Under the pieces are notes generated by a model. That model saw only the letters and a list, made by a program, of their open reading frames with translations. It was not told the DNA's origin and ran no database searches. This document shows, in pieces, positions 1 through 15,890 of a stretch of 64,000 bases of DNA (within the stretch, counting starts at the first letter, position 1; each line of letters starts with the position of its first letter). The DNA is from the human T2T-CHM13v2.0 reference genome, Homo sapiens, in NCBI RefSeq assembly GCF_009914755.1, contig NC_060943.1; one strand, 5' to 3'. The translations under genes and the position numbers were made by a program.

Positions 1-50
1 GTCCGGCCTGGGCGACAGAGCGAGACTCCGTCTCAAAAAAAAAAAAAAAA
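1..50 (+). mobile_element. 3' end of AluYb8/Yb9-type element
   Basis: GTCCGGCCTGGGCGACAGAGCGAGACTCCGTCTC plus poly(A). GTCCGGCC in place of CTCCAGCC is the Yb8-type 3' signature. Only the tail is in the window. Confidence 0.7.
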
Positions 51-305
51 ATCCTTTGGGTAATTCAAATTACAGATTTGAAAGTGCTTAAGATCTGGTG
101 TTTTGTTAATGCTTCTGTTTATTCCGGAAGCATTAAGGTAACCCATTGCCAAGTATCATTCTTGCAAATTATTCTCTTATATAACTGACCAGTGTGTAAT
201 AAAACAAGCAGGTACTTATAAATAATTACTGGCAGTAGGTTATAATTGGTGGTTTAAAAATAACGTTGGAATACAGGACTTGTTGCCAATTGGGTAATTT
301 TCATT

Positions 306-545
306 TTTCTTTCTTTTTTTTTTTTTTTTTGAGACAGCGTCTTGCTCTGTCGCCCAGGCTGGAGTTCAGTGGCATGATCTCAACTCACTGCAAGCTCCAC
401 CTCCTGGGTTCACACCATTCTTCTGCCTCAGCCTCCAGGGTAGCTGGGACTACAGGTGCCCGCCAACACGCCCCGCTAATTTTTTGTATATTTAATAGAG
501 ACGGGGTTTCACTCTGTTAGCCAGGATGGTCTTATCTCCTGACCG
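306..545 (-). mobile_element. 5'-truncated AluY/Sc
   Basis: Alu sequence flanked by the 17-bp TSD ATTGGGTAATTTTCATT (289-305 / 546-562). Confidence 0.9.
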
Positions 546-881
546 ATTGGGTAATTTTCATTAGTTGTTTTATTTGTTTTGATTTGAAACCTAATTTGAC
601 TGTTTAAAATGTTGGCCAAAAAAATCAAGATTTAAATTTTTTATTTGTACTGAAAAACTAATCATAACTTAATTTTCAGCCATCTTTGAAGCTTGAAAGA
701 AGAGTCTTTGGTATTTTGTAAACATTAGCAGACTTTCCTGTCAGTGTCAGAAAATCCTATTTATGAATCCTGTTGATATTCCTTGGTATCTGAAAAAAAT
801 ATCAAATAGTACCCATACATGAATTATTTCTAAGTTTGAAAAATAAAAAGAAACTACATCACACTAATTACAAAATACAAG

Positions 882-1293
882 TTTCTCTCGCATCCGTGTG
901 GAGACCAACAAACAGGCTTTGTGTGAGCAACAAGGCTGTTTATTTCACCTGGGTGCAGGTGGGCTGAGTCTGAAAAGAGAGTCAGCCAAGGGAGATAAGG
1001 GTGGGGTCGTTTTATAAGATTTGGGTAGATAAAGGAAAATTACAGTCAAAGGGGGGTTGTTCTCTGGAGGGCAGGAGTGGGGGTCACAAGGTGCTCAGTG
1101 GGGGAGTTTCTGAGCCAGGATGAGCCAGGAGAAGGAATTTCACAAGATAATGTCATCACTTAAGGCAAGGACTGGCCATTTTCACTTCTTTTGTGGTGGA
1201 ATGTCATCAGTTAAGGCAGGAACCACCCATCTGGATTTGTATGTGCAGGTCACAGGGGATATAATGGCTTAGCTTTGGCTCAGAGGCCTGAGA
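882..1293 (-). mobile_element. Solo LTR7 (HERV-H LTR)
   Basis: Reverse strand reads TCAGGCCTCTGAGCCAAAGCTAAGCCATTATATCCCCTGTGACCTGCAC...CCTTAACTGATGACATTCCACCACAAAAGAAG, matching LTR7. 5-bp TSD ACAAG/ACAAA. Confidence 0.9.
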
Positions 1294-3606
1294 ACAAATT
1301 CTGGAAAAAAATATTTTTCTTCATTTTAAAACTTTTTTTTAAACTAATAATGGCTTTGAAAGAAGAGGCTTAATTTGGGGTGACTAAATTCAAAAGAAAT
1401 TATTGACTTGAGGGTCTCTGTTTGGTAAGAATACATAATTAGCTTAAATAAGCAGCAAAAGGTTAGTTTTAATTATGTAACTTCTGTTAATATTAAGTGT
1501 TTTTTGTCTGTTTTACCTCAATTTGAAAAGATAAGTTTGCCTGCATGCTGGACATGCCTCAGAACACATGAATAGCCCATACTAGATCTTAGGAACATGG
1601 ATCTTTGAGTCACTTTAGACTAAGTTCTTATATAAATATCCCCAGCTTTTTGAGAACAGAGCTTGTTAAAGGATGCACATGTAGGGCCAGTACCTACTGG
1701 CAATTGTGTTCAGGGAAATGGGATTGACTTGGCCATTTGTCCTTTGGTCATAATTTTAAAATGTGGGAGTAAAAAACAACAAAGAATTGAATGGACTCTT
1801 AAAACAATGAAAGAGCATTTATCATTTGTCCCTTGAATGTAGAATTTGTTTTTGATTTCATAATTCTGCTGGGAAACGTGACAGTTAAAATGGTGTATTA
1901 TGTATATATATTATAATTTAGAAATACCATTTTATAATTTTACTATTCCAAGGTGACATAATGCATTTAAATTTGGGATTTGGGTGGAGTATTATGTTTA
2001 ACTGGAGTTGTTGTCAAGTATGAATCCCTCAGGAAAAAAAAAATCTGTTTTAAAAAGCAATCTGATTCTTAGCTCTTGAAACTATTGTTACTTAAATTTC
2101 CAATAATTAAAAATTTTAAATTTTTAAATTAGAATTGCCAATACTTTGACCTTTGAGAAGGGTTTCTTAGAAATACATTTAGTAATGTCCCCAAGACATT
2201 AGTCTTACATTTAAACTTTTTTCTTTAAAACATGGTATTGGTGGTTAACTTTTACACAGTTCTGAGTTCTGCTAATATCTGGAAAGTATCTTGAGATATC
2301 AGTGGAAAGCTAAACAGTCTAAATTTAACATGAAATACTTCTTTTTGATTCAGAAAATAAAATCAGATTTTTTTAATGTCAAAAGCATTAAAAAATTAAA
2401 AAAACAAAAATAAGTTTTTTTGAAATTATCTGCATAAAGGTTTTTGCTTCATTATTGACATAACTTGAGACAATACAGAAATGAAAATGAACATTTGTTA
2501 GTAAAACAGCAATTATCTAGCTCCTGGTAGTGATTTAATCTCTCACCTAGTCTTTAGAACTTCCATCAAGACAAGAACTCTTTTTTTCCAAGAGTGTGTG
2601 ATGTAAAATCACACTCTTGTTTTTTTGTCTTTGTGGCAGAATTTGGGTATTTATGGTAATGAAAAAGAATTCTAGGTCTCTTTTCAGAAGAAAGATGGTG
2701 ATGATGGAAGCAAATATAATGGTACTTGGTACTTAGCCACATTTCAAAGCATGCCAGTACAAAGCTAAATGAAGAAAGTCAAATAGGAAATGAGAAAAAA
2801 ATAGCTCCTAGAAACACATAAAATGATAACAATATAATTAACAAACAATTTTTTTTTTTTTTTTTTTGGTTTTAGACAGAGTTTCCCTCTTGTTGCCCAT
2901 GCTGGAGTGCAATGGCACAATCTTGGCTCACTGCAACCTCTGCCTCCGCGGTTCAAGTAATTCTTTTGTCTCAGCTTTCCCAGTAGCTTGGACTACAGGC
3001 ACATGCCACCACGCATGGCTAACTTTTGCATTTTTAGTAGAGAGAGGGTTTCATCATATTGATCAGGCTGATCTCAAACTCCTGACCTCAGATGATCCAC
3101 CTACCTCAGTTTCCCAATGTGCTGGGATTACAGGCATGAGCCACAGCGCCTGGATAACAACTTTATTTCTTTAAGCAATTATTTTAAATATAAGTTAATT
3201 AAACTACTTAATAAAATAAAATGAAATGTAATTTTAGGACTTTGGAAGGCCAAGGTAGGCTGATCACTTGATCCCAGGAGTTCAAGACAGGCCTAGGCAA
3301 CATGGCAAAACTCTGTCTCTATAAAAAATACAAAAAAGCTAGCCTGGTGTGACGGCACATACTTGTAATCCAGGTATTTGAGAGACTGAAATGAGATAAT
3401 CAGCAGACTTTGAGAGATTCAAGCAGCAGTGAAATATGCAAATCAGCCTGGTTGGCACAGTGAGTTCCATTCTGAAAAATAAATGAGGCTGGGCATGGTG
3501 GCTCATGCCTATAATCCCAGCCTTTTGGGAGACTGAGGCAGGCAGATCACTTGATGTCAGGACTTAAAGACCAGTCTGGTCATCATGGTGAAACCCCGTC
3601 TCTCTA

Positions 3607-3867
<261 letters not shown>

Positions 3868-3965
3868 TCAAGACCAGCCTGGCCAATATGGTGAAACCCC
3901 ATCTCTACTAAAAATACAAAAGATAGTTGGGTATGGTGGCACGCATCTGTAGTCCCAGATATTCA

Positions 3966-4157
<192 letters not shown>

Positions 4158-4574
4158 CTATGCTGCCTACAAGAGATTCATTTAAGCATTGAGTCAAATA
4201 GGCTGAAAGTAACAGAATGAAAAAAATGTACATTCCATGAAAATAGTAACCACGATTGAGTGCAGTGGTCATAATTATATTAGACATAATATGCTTTAAG
4301 TCAGGTAGTACCATGAGACAAAGATTGACGTTATATTATGTTAAAGTGAGTTGATTTACCAGGAATCTATAACTATAATATTTACTTATCTATATATATA
4401 TGTGTATATAACATCAGGGCTCCAAAATATATAAAGCAACTATTGACAAAAGTGAAGCAAGACATACATAGCAACATAATTGTAAACATCAAAACCCCAT
4501 TTGCAATAATAAATAGAAAGTTTAGATAAAAAATAAGAAACAGAAAACCTAGACACCATTATAGACTATATTAA

Positions 4575-4976
4575 TTATTTTGCATATAGATGAATATTTG
4601 AGAGTGCATAATTTATAAAGAAAAAAGGTTTAGATGGCTCACAGTTTGGCAAACTGTATAAGTGTGTGCCAGCATCTGCTTCTGGTGAGGATTTCAGGAA
4701 GCTTAAAATCATGGTGGAAGGTAAAGAGTAACTGGATATATTATATGGTAAGAGACAGAGCAAGTGTGAGGTGAAGAAGCCAGGTTCTTTTAATGAACCA
4801 GCTCTCATTTGAATTAATAGAGTGTAAACTTTTTGGTTACCAAGAGGATGTACCAAGCCATTCATGAAAAATTTGCCCCTATGACCCAAATGTGTCCCAC
4901 CAGGTCCCACATTCAACATTGAGGATTTATATTGCAGCATGAGGTTTGGAAAACATGGACATCCAAACCATATTAT
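4575..4976 (-). mobile_element. MST-type MaLR LTR (MSTB-like)
   Basis: Motifs GGCTCACAGTT, AGCATCTGCTTCTGGTGAGG and CATCCAAACCATAT. An inverted paralog lies at 40554-40960. Confidence 0.75.
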
Positions 4977-5182
4977 AGACCAACTAGGCTTCGCAGACAC
5001 ACACAAAACTCCCCAGTCAAAACCAAGATAATGCACAATATTCTTATTTTCATCTGGTGTATTTTGTTAGGGCACATAGCAGGTTTTATTAAATTTTAAA
5101 ATACTGACTGGGTACAGTGGCTCTTGCCTATAATCTTAACACTTTAGGAGACCAAGGTAAGAGGATCCACCAGGAATTATGA

Positions 5183-5416
<234 letters not shown>

Positions 5417-5468
5417 TAGTAGAGAACAGGGTTTCACCATGTTAGCCAGGATGGTCTCGATCTCCTGA

Positions 5469-5870
<402 letters not shown>

Positions 5871-8119
5871 TAGGAATTAAAAGCAAAAGTCAAACTGGAA
5901 AGTTCAAAAATATGTATATATAAAACACTTCAATATATTTTTGCTCAGGGGTCAAAAAATTTTATTTTTCAAAAATGTCAATACAACCTACCATTAAAAG
6001 ATAATACAAAGTTGTTTGTCAGAAATGTTTATTTATTTACAGAAATAGCATTGATTATTGATTAGATATATATCGTTATGGTTTAGGGTATGGGATATAG
6101 TGTCCAATGTGGCATTATTAGTTTAATTTATAGCTACTTGTGGCAATAGTGAACAGTTTCAAGACATGAATACATAGTTCAAAGAGGGGAGAAATAACTG
6201 CACTTTTATTTTCATCTCTCTGAATTTGATAACCAAAAGGACTTGCATTTTTTAGATAAAAGTTTTTTATTTCCCAAATCTCAAGATCTAAATTCAAAAT
6301 TTGGAGCTGCACATTTAGGGCCTGAATGGCTGGAGTAGCAGCAGGTGTTACCTGTACATTTGTGAGCACTTTGGCAAGAGGAGGAAGGGGAAAGTGGAGA
6401 TTCTCATGTCTATATGTCTACTCAATGCACACACGTTACTCTGATTGGGTTTCTGGGCCAAATAGTTTCTGTATCAGTTCCAGTCTGAAGATACAAGAGT
6501 CAGTGAAAGAGGTAAAATGATTGATTGCTGCCCTGTGAAGTTTGTAGAAATGTGATCTAGCCTCTCTAGAAGTGACTGCAGAGGACTATGAATGCCAACT
6601 AGGCAGAGACACAATTCTGCCTGCATATTTAGGGGACAGCATGCACTTTGCTGCACAACTCTGAGCTGACTGGAAGCCTGAGAGGGAAAGTCTCCTCTAG
6701 AGTAAATTCTGGATGTCACCTTATGTGTTTATATCATGTCTGGTAATTCTAGACAGTGTTTGGAAACAATAATTAAATGAAAATTTTTCTCCACCCCAGA
6801 GAAACTCCACAATAATAGAATAGAAAGAAACTGTTTTATTACACAATTGAACTTGAATGTGACACGGATCTTCATCAATCTGCTTAAGAGACGGAAAGAT
6901 GGTCACTATAATTAGGCCACAAGTAGAAGAATTTCCAGCACCATGTCATACATAGTTCATCCTAAATTCACCTGGATACTGAAGAGGCCATCTGTGTATG
7001 CTAATTACTTATATTCAATGACAAAAACTTTTCACATCTTCATAATAGGATGTAGTTTAGCAGCTTGAAGCCAGGTGCCTGCTGAAGGTAGGCTTTCACT
7101 CTGCTACAAAAATGGTTGAATAGTGTTCTATCTTTTTGGCTACTTACATTTTAGAGCAGTGGCTCTGTACTCCCTGGCACTGGGCTACAGCACTCCTGCT
7201 TGCTTTCTCCTGGTTGCTAGTGTCCTCTCTTGGCCTCTACCATCTGCCACTGAGGCACAAACCACAGCTCACATTTTATGTGAATCCTATTTGCCACAGC
7301 AGCACTCTAGTGTCACATCAGAGAGTGAGGCCTGAGCTGCAGGAGGAGAGCCTGCAGGCCTCCTGGGTAGAATTACACCTTCACAATCATGAGAATGTGA
7401 GCAGTGTTTCAGCGTCAATTTCTACGTATAGAGATGACAAGGAAAAGATAAAGCTGAATTTTCAGCATGAGTCCAGATAGTGATAGCTGCAAAAATTCTC
7501 ATTGTGACAGCCCACCTTAATCTGACACCATGGGACACTAATAGGGCTTCTGAAACACACACCAAAAGCATTGGAGAGAAAAATGAGATCTTGATCTGAG
7601 CAAGATTATTTTCATAGAAAAATATTATAAAGATCTTAAGAAAAAGCTCAGATTAGATATGATTGATCAAGTCAGTCAAAAAATATTCCCCTAAAAGCAA
7701 TTTCTCTCTAAACACCCAAAGTGCACAGCTACTCTCAGCATGAGAAACATGAGCTTCAGGAAGAAAGAAGGCAGATTTTCAGAAGAATTTTATAAAGTTT
7801 TTTTTCCATCTTTGGTGCTCTCTCATCTCCTAGCCAGTGAATGGAGTTCTATATTGAAATACATCTGACAACTTCCAACAACACTTTTTGATGAAGAAAT
7901 AGAATCTGACTGTTTTCATAGAGTGGAATATATTAGAACTTGTAGGCTGGGCGTGGTGGCTCACGCCTGTAATCCCAGCACTTTGGGAGGCAGAGGTGGG
8001 TGGATCACGAGGTCAGGAGTTCAAGACCAGCCTGGCCAAGATGGTGAAACCCCATCTCTACTAAAAATACAAAAAAGTAGCCAGGCACGGTGGCAGGCGC
8101 CTGTAGTCCCAGCTACTCA

Positions 8120-8299
<180 letters not shown>

Positions 8300-8600
8300 T
8301 CACCTGTCTTTATTTTTCCTGTAATAGCAGCATTCCAATTTAGTGCAATAAAAGATACTAAAGTTGTGTTAATTCATAATTATCCCTATTGAATAAAGTA
8401 ATAAACATGTCACACTAATATCTACTGTAACAATTTGGTAGTAAATTTTCTTTGGATATTAGGTATAAGTATCTAAGTATGAATAATTTTAATGAACTAG
8501 TCATAATGTATGTAGCATTTTAAAAAATTGCAACTATAGCCAGGCACGGTGTCTCACATCTATAATCCCAGCACTTTGGGAGGCCTAAGCGTGCAGATCA

Positions 8601-8816
<216 letters not shown>

Positions 8817-9919
8817 CTAAAAAAAAAAAAAAAAAAAAAATTCAACTATACTTCAGTTAAAACACTATATTTCAAAAGTATAAATAACAATATTAAAATA
8901 ACAACTTAAGTGATTCATTCAAAGTAAGTATTGTGGCTTTATATTCATATTATGTAGAAAATACTGTTTACAGGTCACGCCTGTAATCCCAGCACTTTGG
9001 AGGAGTGAGGCGGTTGGACCACCTGAGGTCGGGAGTTCAAGATCAAGCTGGCCAACATGAGACCCTCATCTATACTAAAAATACAAAAACTTAGCCAGGC
9101 ATGGTGGCACATGCCTGTAATGCCAGGTACTTGAGAGGCTAAGGCAGGAGAGTCGCTTGAACCTGAGAGGCGGTGGTTTCAGTGATCCAAGATCATGCCA
9201 CTGCACTCCAACCTGGACGACATGGTGAGACTCTGTCTCAAAAAAAATAAAATACTGTTTAATGTATATGAATGCAATTTGTTTACAAACCCTACACATA
9301 ACTATGCTAATCGTTCTGAAGTAATAAATAGAAAGCAAGATACAACTACAGACTCTACTGTTCAGTTTATGCACTGAACTGTTTTTGCTTTCACCGTATA
9401 AGTCCTTCAGCCTGCAAATATTGGGTAATTACCTTGGATAATCAGATTTCTTTCAAAGAAACTTAGTATCTTTCAGTCTTTATCATTCTGTATTGCAAAA
9501 TTTAATCCTATCTTTGTGCTAAGCATCTGTGTGCTCTTAAAATGAGCATTTATCTAAACCATCTGTGTCTACTTTAAAGGACTAAAAATGAAAAAGATAA
9601 ACTTTTCAGAAGCAAAAAGAAAGCAAAAAACCTGAAGTACTAGATAAAGATAATCTGGAGTCTGAAAAAATGACTAAAGGTTTATTTAACTGTTAATATA
9701 ATTTACATATATTTCAAAAAAGCAGAGAAAAATATCTACATATAATCAAAATGCCTTAAGAAAAGAGAGAATAGTAAAATAGCTTTTTGATACTTTTTAA
9801 AGAGTTTTTGAACTCTTGGACACCTGAATTTTGCACACTATATGCACTTAAGGTGATGCTTATGGGAGAAAAACACAAGAGAGAATGATGTTATAAAAAA
9901 ATCCATGCATGCAAAAGAC

Positions 9920-10890
9920 CTTTGCAACAGAATAGAGAGACCAGAAATAATGCCACCCTCCTACAACCATCAGATTTTTGTCAAACCTGACAAGAGAAAA
10001 GTGGGAAGAATTCTCTCTTTAATAAATGATGCTGGAATAACTACCTAGCACTATGTAGAAGACAGAAACTGGACCCCTTCATTACACCATATACAAAAAT
10101 CAGCTCAAGATAAATTAAAGACTTAAATGTAAAACTTAAAATTATAAGAAACCCTGCAATATAACCTAAAAAATACTGTTCTAGACATAGAAACTGGCAA
10201 AGACTTCATGATGAAGCTTCCAAAAGCTATTGCCACAAAAGCAAAAATTGACAAATGGGACCTATTTAAACTAAAGAGCTTCTTCACAGCAAAGGAAACT
10301 ATCAACAGAGTAAAGAGACAACCTACAGAATAAAAGAAAATATTTGCAAACTTTGCCTCTGACAAAGGATTAATATCCAGAATTTATTAAGAGCTCAAAC
10401 AAGTTTACAAGAAAAAAAACAAACAACCTCATTAAAAAGTAGAAAAAAAATGAACATATTCTTTTCAAAAGAAGACAAATGTGCAGTTAACAAGCATGTG
10501 AAAAAAATGCTCATTGCTAATTATTAGAGAAATTAAAAGAAAAACCACAATGAGATACTGCATCATACCCATCAGAATGGCTATTTTTTAAATGTCAAAA
10601 AATAACAGATGCTGGCAAGGTTGCAGAGAAAAGGGAATGCTTATACTCTGCTGGTGGGAGTGTAAATTAGTTCAACAGCTGTAAAAAGCAGTGTGGTGAT
10701 TCCTCACAGAATTAAAAACAGAATTATCATTTGACTCAGGAACCTCATAATTGGGTATATACCCAAAGAAATATAAATTATTATAAAGACATATCCACAT
10801 GCATGTTTATTGCAGCACTATTCACAATAGCAAAGGCATGGACGGGTCCTGAATGGCTATCTATGATAGACTGGATAAGGAAAATGTGGT
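9920..10890 (+). mobile_element. Old L1 (L1PA13-16/L1PB-like) ORF2 3' fragment
   Basis: AAACTGGACCCCTTCATTACACCATATACAAAAATC and GCAAAAATTGACAAATGGGACCTATTTAAACTAAAGAGCTTC are typical of L1 ORF2. Inverted paralog at 28590-29600. Confidence 0.85.
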
Positions 10891-11384
10891 ATGGTCAGAT
10901 GCGGTGGCTCACGCCTGTAATTGCAGCACTTTGGGAGGCTGAGGCAGGTGGATCACACGGTCAGGCGTTTGAGAGCAGCCTGGCCAACATAATGAAACCC
11001 TGTATCTACTAAAAATACAAAAAATTAGCCAGGTGTCGTGGCAGGCACCTGTAATCCCAGCTACTCACGAGGCTGAGGCAAGAGAGTCACTTGAACCCAG
11101 GAGGCAGAGGTTGCAGTGAGCCGAGATCACGCCAGTGTACTCCAACCGAGGTGACAGTGTGAGACTTTGTCAAAAAAAAAAAAACAAAGAAGAAGAAATT
11201 AAAAAAAAAGAAAAACGAACTGGACCTTTAATAACTTCCTCTTTCTGGCTTAATATTAGCCTTAGCTTGGAGTCTCTTGGTTAAAACTTTAATTTCCATG
11301 TCAGAGGTATTCACTTGGTGTTGAAACTAACTGAAAAATCCGGTGAAACTACTCAAAGTGTTTACATAAGGGAAGGAAATTTAA

Positions 11385-11649
<265 letters not shown>

Positions 11650-12639
11650 TAGGCTTCCCAAAGTGTTGGGATTACAGTTATGAGCCAGTGTACCTGGCTA
11701 AGATGCTTACATTTTATTCCTCCATAAGAAAAGCAAATATATCTACTTCTTTCAGACAATATATGTATTATTTTATTATTTCTATTAAAAATAATGTAGT
11801 AAAAAATTAGTCATATGAGAAAACTTGTAGAAGATACCATGTTTCATCACATATAATTTAGCATTTAATTCAGAAATCAAGACAACATGATATAGAACTG
11901 AGATATTCACTGTCACAAATTTACCCTGCAAAAAGAGGAACTGATGTTTTGACAAGTCTATGTAACTCATCAATTATCTACCACATTTTCCTGTGGAAAT
12001 ATGTTTATTGTCTACAGTCAAAACAGAAGAGAGATTTTCTTTCTTTCTTTTTTTTTTTTTTTTATGGAGTCTATCTCTGTTGCCCAGGCTGGAGTGCAGT
12101 GGTGTGATCTTGGCTCACGGCAACCTCCACCTCCCAGGTTCAAGCAATTCTCTGCCTCAGCCTCCCAAGTAGCTGAGATTACAGGTGCCTGCCATCGCGC
12201 CTGGATAATTTTTGTATTTTTAGTAGAGACAGGGTTTCACTGTCTTGGACAGGCTGGTGTTGAAATCTTGACCTTGTGATGCATCCGCCTCGTCCTCCCA
12301 AAGTGCTAGGATTACCGGCATGAGCCACTGCGCTTGGCTGATAGCTAGCATTCTTAAAGCTAAGGCTTGGAATTCTGTTTGAAATCACTCAGCCATAGAA
12401 AACACCTGGCCAGGCATGGGGGCTCATGCCTGTAATCTCAGCACTTTGGGAGGCTGAGGCAGGCAGATCACGAGGTCAGGAGTTCGAGACCAGCATGACC
12501 AACATGGTGAAACCTGTCTCTACTAAAAATTAAAAAATTAGCCGGGCATGGTGGCATGGTACCTGTAATTTCAGCTACTCAAAAGGCTGAGGCAGGAGAT
12601 TCCCTTGAACCCGGGTGGCAAAGCTGAGATCATGCCACT

Positions 12640-13253
12640 TGTTGGGGTGATCAGACCCAATACCAGACCATTGTGGCTATGAAGTCCAGTGGAGTCAAAG
12701 GAATGAGAAAAGACAGGTTAAGAGTACATAAGGTGGGTCCAGAGGGCCAAAGCTAGTATGGAAACTGTGAGGGCCCCAAGCTTTGGAAGCCCACACTATT
12801 TATTGGTGATCAAACAAAGAAGCAGGTGGTGAGGATGTGTGGATGTGGGGGTAAACAGGTGAGGACATAAGGACGTGAGGGTAGAAAGGTAACAGTGCAT
12901 CAAGTGTAGCTGTGACGGTTTAGCATTTTCTTTGACACATAAAGAGTATGCTCTGCTGCTTGAGATAATGGAGAACATATTTATGAGCCTGGGAGAGCAA
13001 CCAACAAGTCTGTGCACATTCTAGAGGCCACGAGGGGTTTTATGCCCTGAGCCTTGGATTCCATCCAAGCCGTGAGGGGTTTTATGCCCTGGGCTCAGAT
13101 TTGTGTTTTGTCAGGGCAGCCTTCCACCATTTGGCACAGAGTTTGATGTTCCAAAGGCCATGAGGGATTTTAGACCCTGGACCCAGGACATCTTCCAAGA
13201 CTCTTTTATATTATGACAGACAAGCCAGTCCTGCCTCAGCTCTTCTACCAACA
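12640..13253 (-). mobile_element. Solo LTR14B-like (HML-1) LTR inserted in an Alu
   Basis: Minus strand TGTTGGTAGAAGAGCTGAGGCAGG...CCCCAACA, 614 bp, TSD CCACT (12635-12639 / 13254-13258). Same family as the LTR at 61242-61863. Confidence 0.85.
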
Positions 13254-14717
13254 CCACTGCACTTCAGCCTGGTTGACAGAGCTAGACTCCATCTCAAACA
13301 AAAACAAACAATCAAACAGAAAAACACCTGAAAATATTCCTAAGGTTACTCTGGGAAAGAAAAAGGTAAATAAGAATTATTAACTAATAGAATATATGAT
13401 TAAATACTAATTTTTGAAACTCATCTCTATTATGTCTTTTGTAAATATTTTCTTATTTTTCAGCCCCTACTAATAAAATGCAAATCACAGTAAAAAATAC
13501 TGATACAGCTCAGTGCAGTGGCTCATGCCTGTAATCACAACACTTTGGGGGCCAAGGCAGGGAGATCACTTCACACCAGAAGTTTTGGAGCAGCCTGGTC
13601 CCTCTCTACTAAAAACACAAAAACTAGCCAGGCAAAGTGTTGTGCACCTAGCTACTTGGGAGGCCAAGGAATGAGAATCACTTGAACCCAGGAGGGGGAG
13701 GTTGCAGTGAGCCGAGATCAAGCCACTGCATTGCAGCCTGTGTAACAGAGTGAAACCGTCAAAAAAAAAAAAAAAAAAAAAAAAAAACCCGAAAAAACGA
13801 AAAAACCTGAGGTCAAAATAAGTAAAGAAATCTTTTCAATGTACAGACCCAATCATCCAACCCATCCTGTTCACTTACATGCTCAATAACCACCCTCCCA
13901 GGAGACACTGCTCTATGCCCCAGTGAGTGCCCCAGGTGCATTTTACTTTGTTTTTATGCCATCTCACTGGGGTCAGTTTTTTTGTCTTTTGGAATTTTTT
14001 ATTTTTATTACAAAATTTTCACTGTTTTTATTTCACTGTTTTTCTGCCCCCACTCAAGAAAATCCAGGGGGCAGAAATTATTTGTTTTGCCCTCAATACC
14101 AGCATTTGATTGGCTGACCAGCAATGTGTATCCAAAAAATGGAAGCTAGGTTGGGTGAAGAAAATCTTCATGTCTCAAGGGGTTAGCTTTAAAAAAAGAA
14201 AAAGAAAAATAAAAACAAACATGCACCAGGAGATGCCTTTCACCTCCAAGGCTGCCACCTGCTCCCTTGAGAGGCTACACTCCATACTTCAGGTGGTTCT
14301 ATGGGAGAAAATGACCCAAGAGACAATAGTCACTAGACACATAGCCATAGCCATAGTGGGTATCTTGGTTTATCCCCAGAAAGTACTAAAACCCAGGCCC
14401 AGAAAAAAAAAACTGAAGGATAGCTGAGGACACATCACCCTATGAAGTTTCCAAAGGGTAATCTTAACCTAAAAACATTCTGGTAAGTTCTCTGGAAAAA
14501 AAAAAGCAAAAGAGGGACAGATATTTTTACAATACAGTGTCAGGGGATTATTCTTTGCTTTCTTCTCAGGGAAAATATTTACAAACAGAAAAAAATCTCT
14601 TCAATACTGTTATGCCATGCTTTGTATAAAATGATTAATTGAGGAACATGGGGTACACTTGAGGCGCTGCTTGGGGCACATGTGAAAAATGCCAGGAAAA
14701 ATCAGTCCCCTGTGGGA

Positions 14718-15072
14718 TGTGAAAATAATTAAGTGGCAGGCAATTAGACTGAGGATGCTCTAGTACCCAGATTCCTACTTCTAAAAAAAAAAAAATCTAA
14801 ACTCAAGTGCATTTTTTGGTAAATTACTACATTAGGGGAACAAAATTCAAGCTTAAACAACTATAAACTACCACTTAAACTCTGATTAAATAACCAGGGA
14901 ATTTCCACCTTGATTGTACCAATTAAGAAACTACGTAACTGCATCTAACCAATTATTGAATTTGGTTTTCTTCTTCATGCACCTTATAAATGTCTTTTCT
15001 TCAAGACCCTCCCACGGAGAACAAACTACAAACTATAGCTAGCTGGTCTACAATTCTTGAATCTCTCTTTTT
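14718..15072 (+). mobile_element. MER93-like ERV1 LTR
   Basis: TGTGAAAATAATTAAGTGGCAGGCAATTAGACTGAGG resembles the recalled MER93 5' end. Interrupted by an AluY at 15075. Confidence 0.5.
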
Positions 15073-15890
15073 GAGGCTGGGCACGGTGGCTCAAGCCTGT
15101 AATCCCAGCCCTTTGGGAGGCTGAGGCGGGCAGATCACAAGGTCAGGAGATCGAGACCATCCTGGCTAACACGGTGAAACTGCCTCTCTACTAAAAATAC
15201 AAAAAATTAGCCAGGCACGGTGGCAGGAGCCTGTAGTCCCAGCTATTCAGGAGGCTGAGGCAGGAGAATGGTGTGAACCCAGGAGATGGAGCTTGCAGTG
15301 AGCCGAGATTGCGCCACTGCACTCCAGCCTGGGTGACAGAGCGAGACTCCGTCTCAAAAAAAAAAAATTATTTGATATTTTTACAGTGACTCCCAAAATT
15401 TTTTTTTTAAGACAGACTCTTGCTCTGTCGCCCAGGCTGGAGTGCAGTGGCATGATCTCAGCTGACAACAACCTCGGCCTCCCAGGTTCAAGCCATTCTC
15501 TTTTCTCTGCCTCCCGAGTACCTAGGACTACAGACATTCGCCATCACACCCAGCTAATTTTTGTATTTTTAGGAGAGATGGGGTTTCCCCATTTTGTCCA
15601 AGCTGGTCTTCAACTCCTGACCTCAAGTGATCTGCCCCCCTCAGCCTCCCCTAGTCCCCACACAATCTGGGAGAGATGCCACACTGCGGGTGCAGAGTCA
15701 CCTGGAGAGGGCTCCAGGCCAGGGCACAGTCACTGAGCAGGGAAGAGAAAGGACGGCCGGGAGCCCAGCTGTCAGCATAGCGGCCATCTTATGGCTGAAG
15801 GGTACTGAGGCTGAGCTGGGCAAGGAGAACTCGGAAAGCAGATTGTGGAGCTGACTATGGGGAGGCCTGGGTCCTGCCACAGCCATTTTC

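Larger units (their letters stand above)
51..2410 (+). pseudogene. Retrocopied (processed) mRNA 3'UTR, parent gene not identified
   Basis: About 2.3 kb of AT-rich, non-repetitive UTR-like sequence ending in AATAAA (~2356) and a degenerate A-tail (~2380-2410). It is interrupted by an Alu and an LTR7, each with a TSD. Confidence 0.55.
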
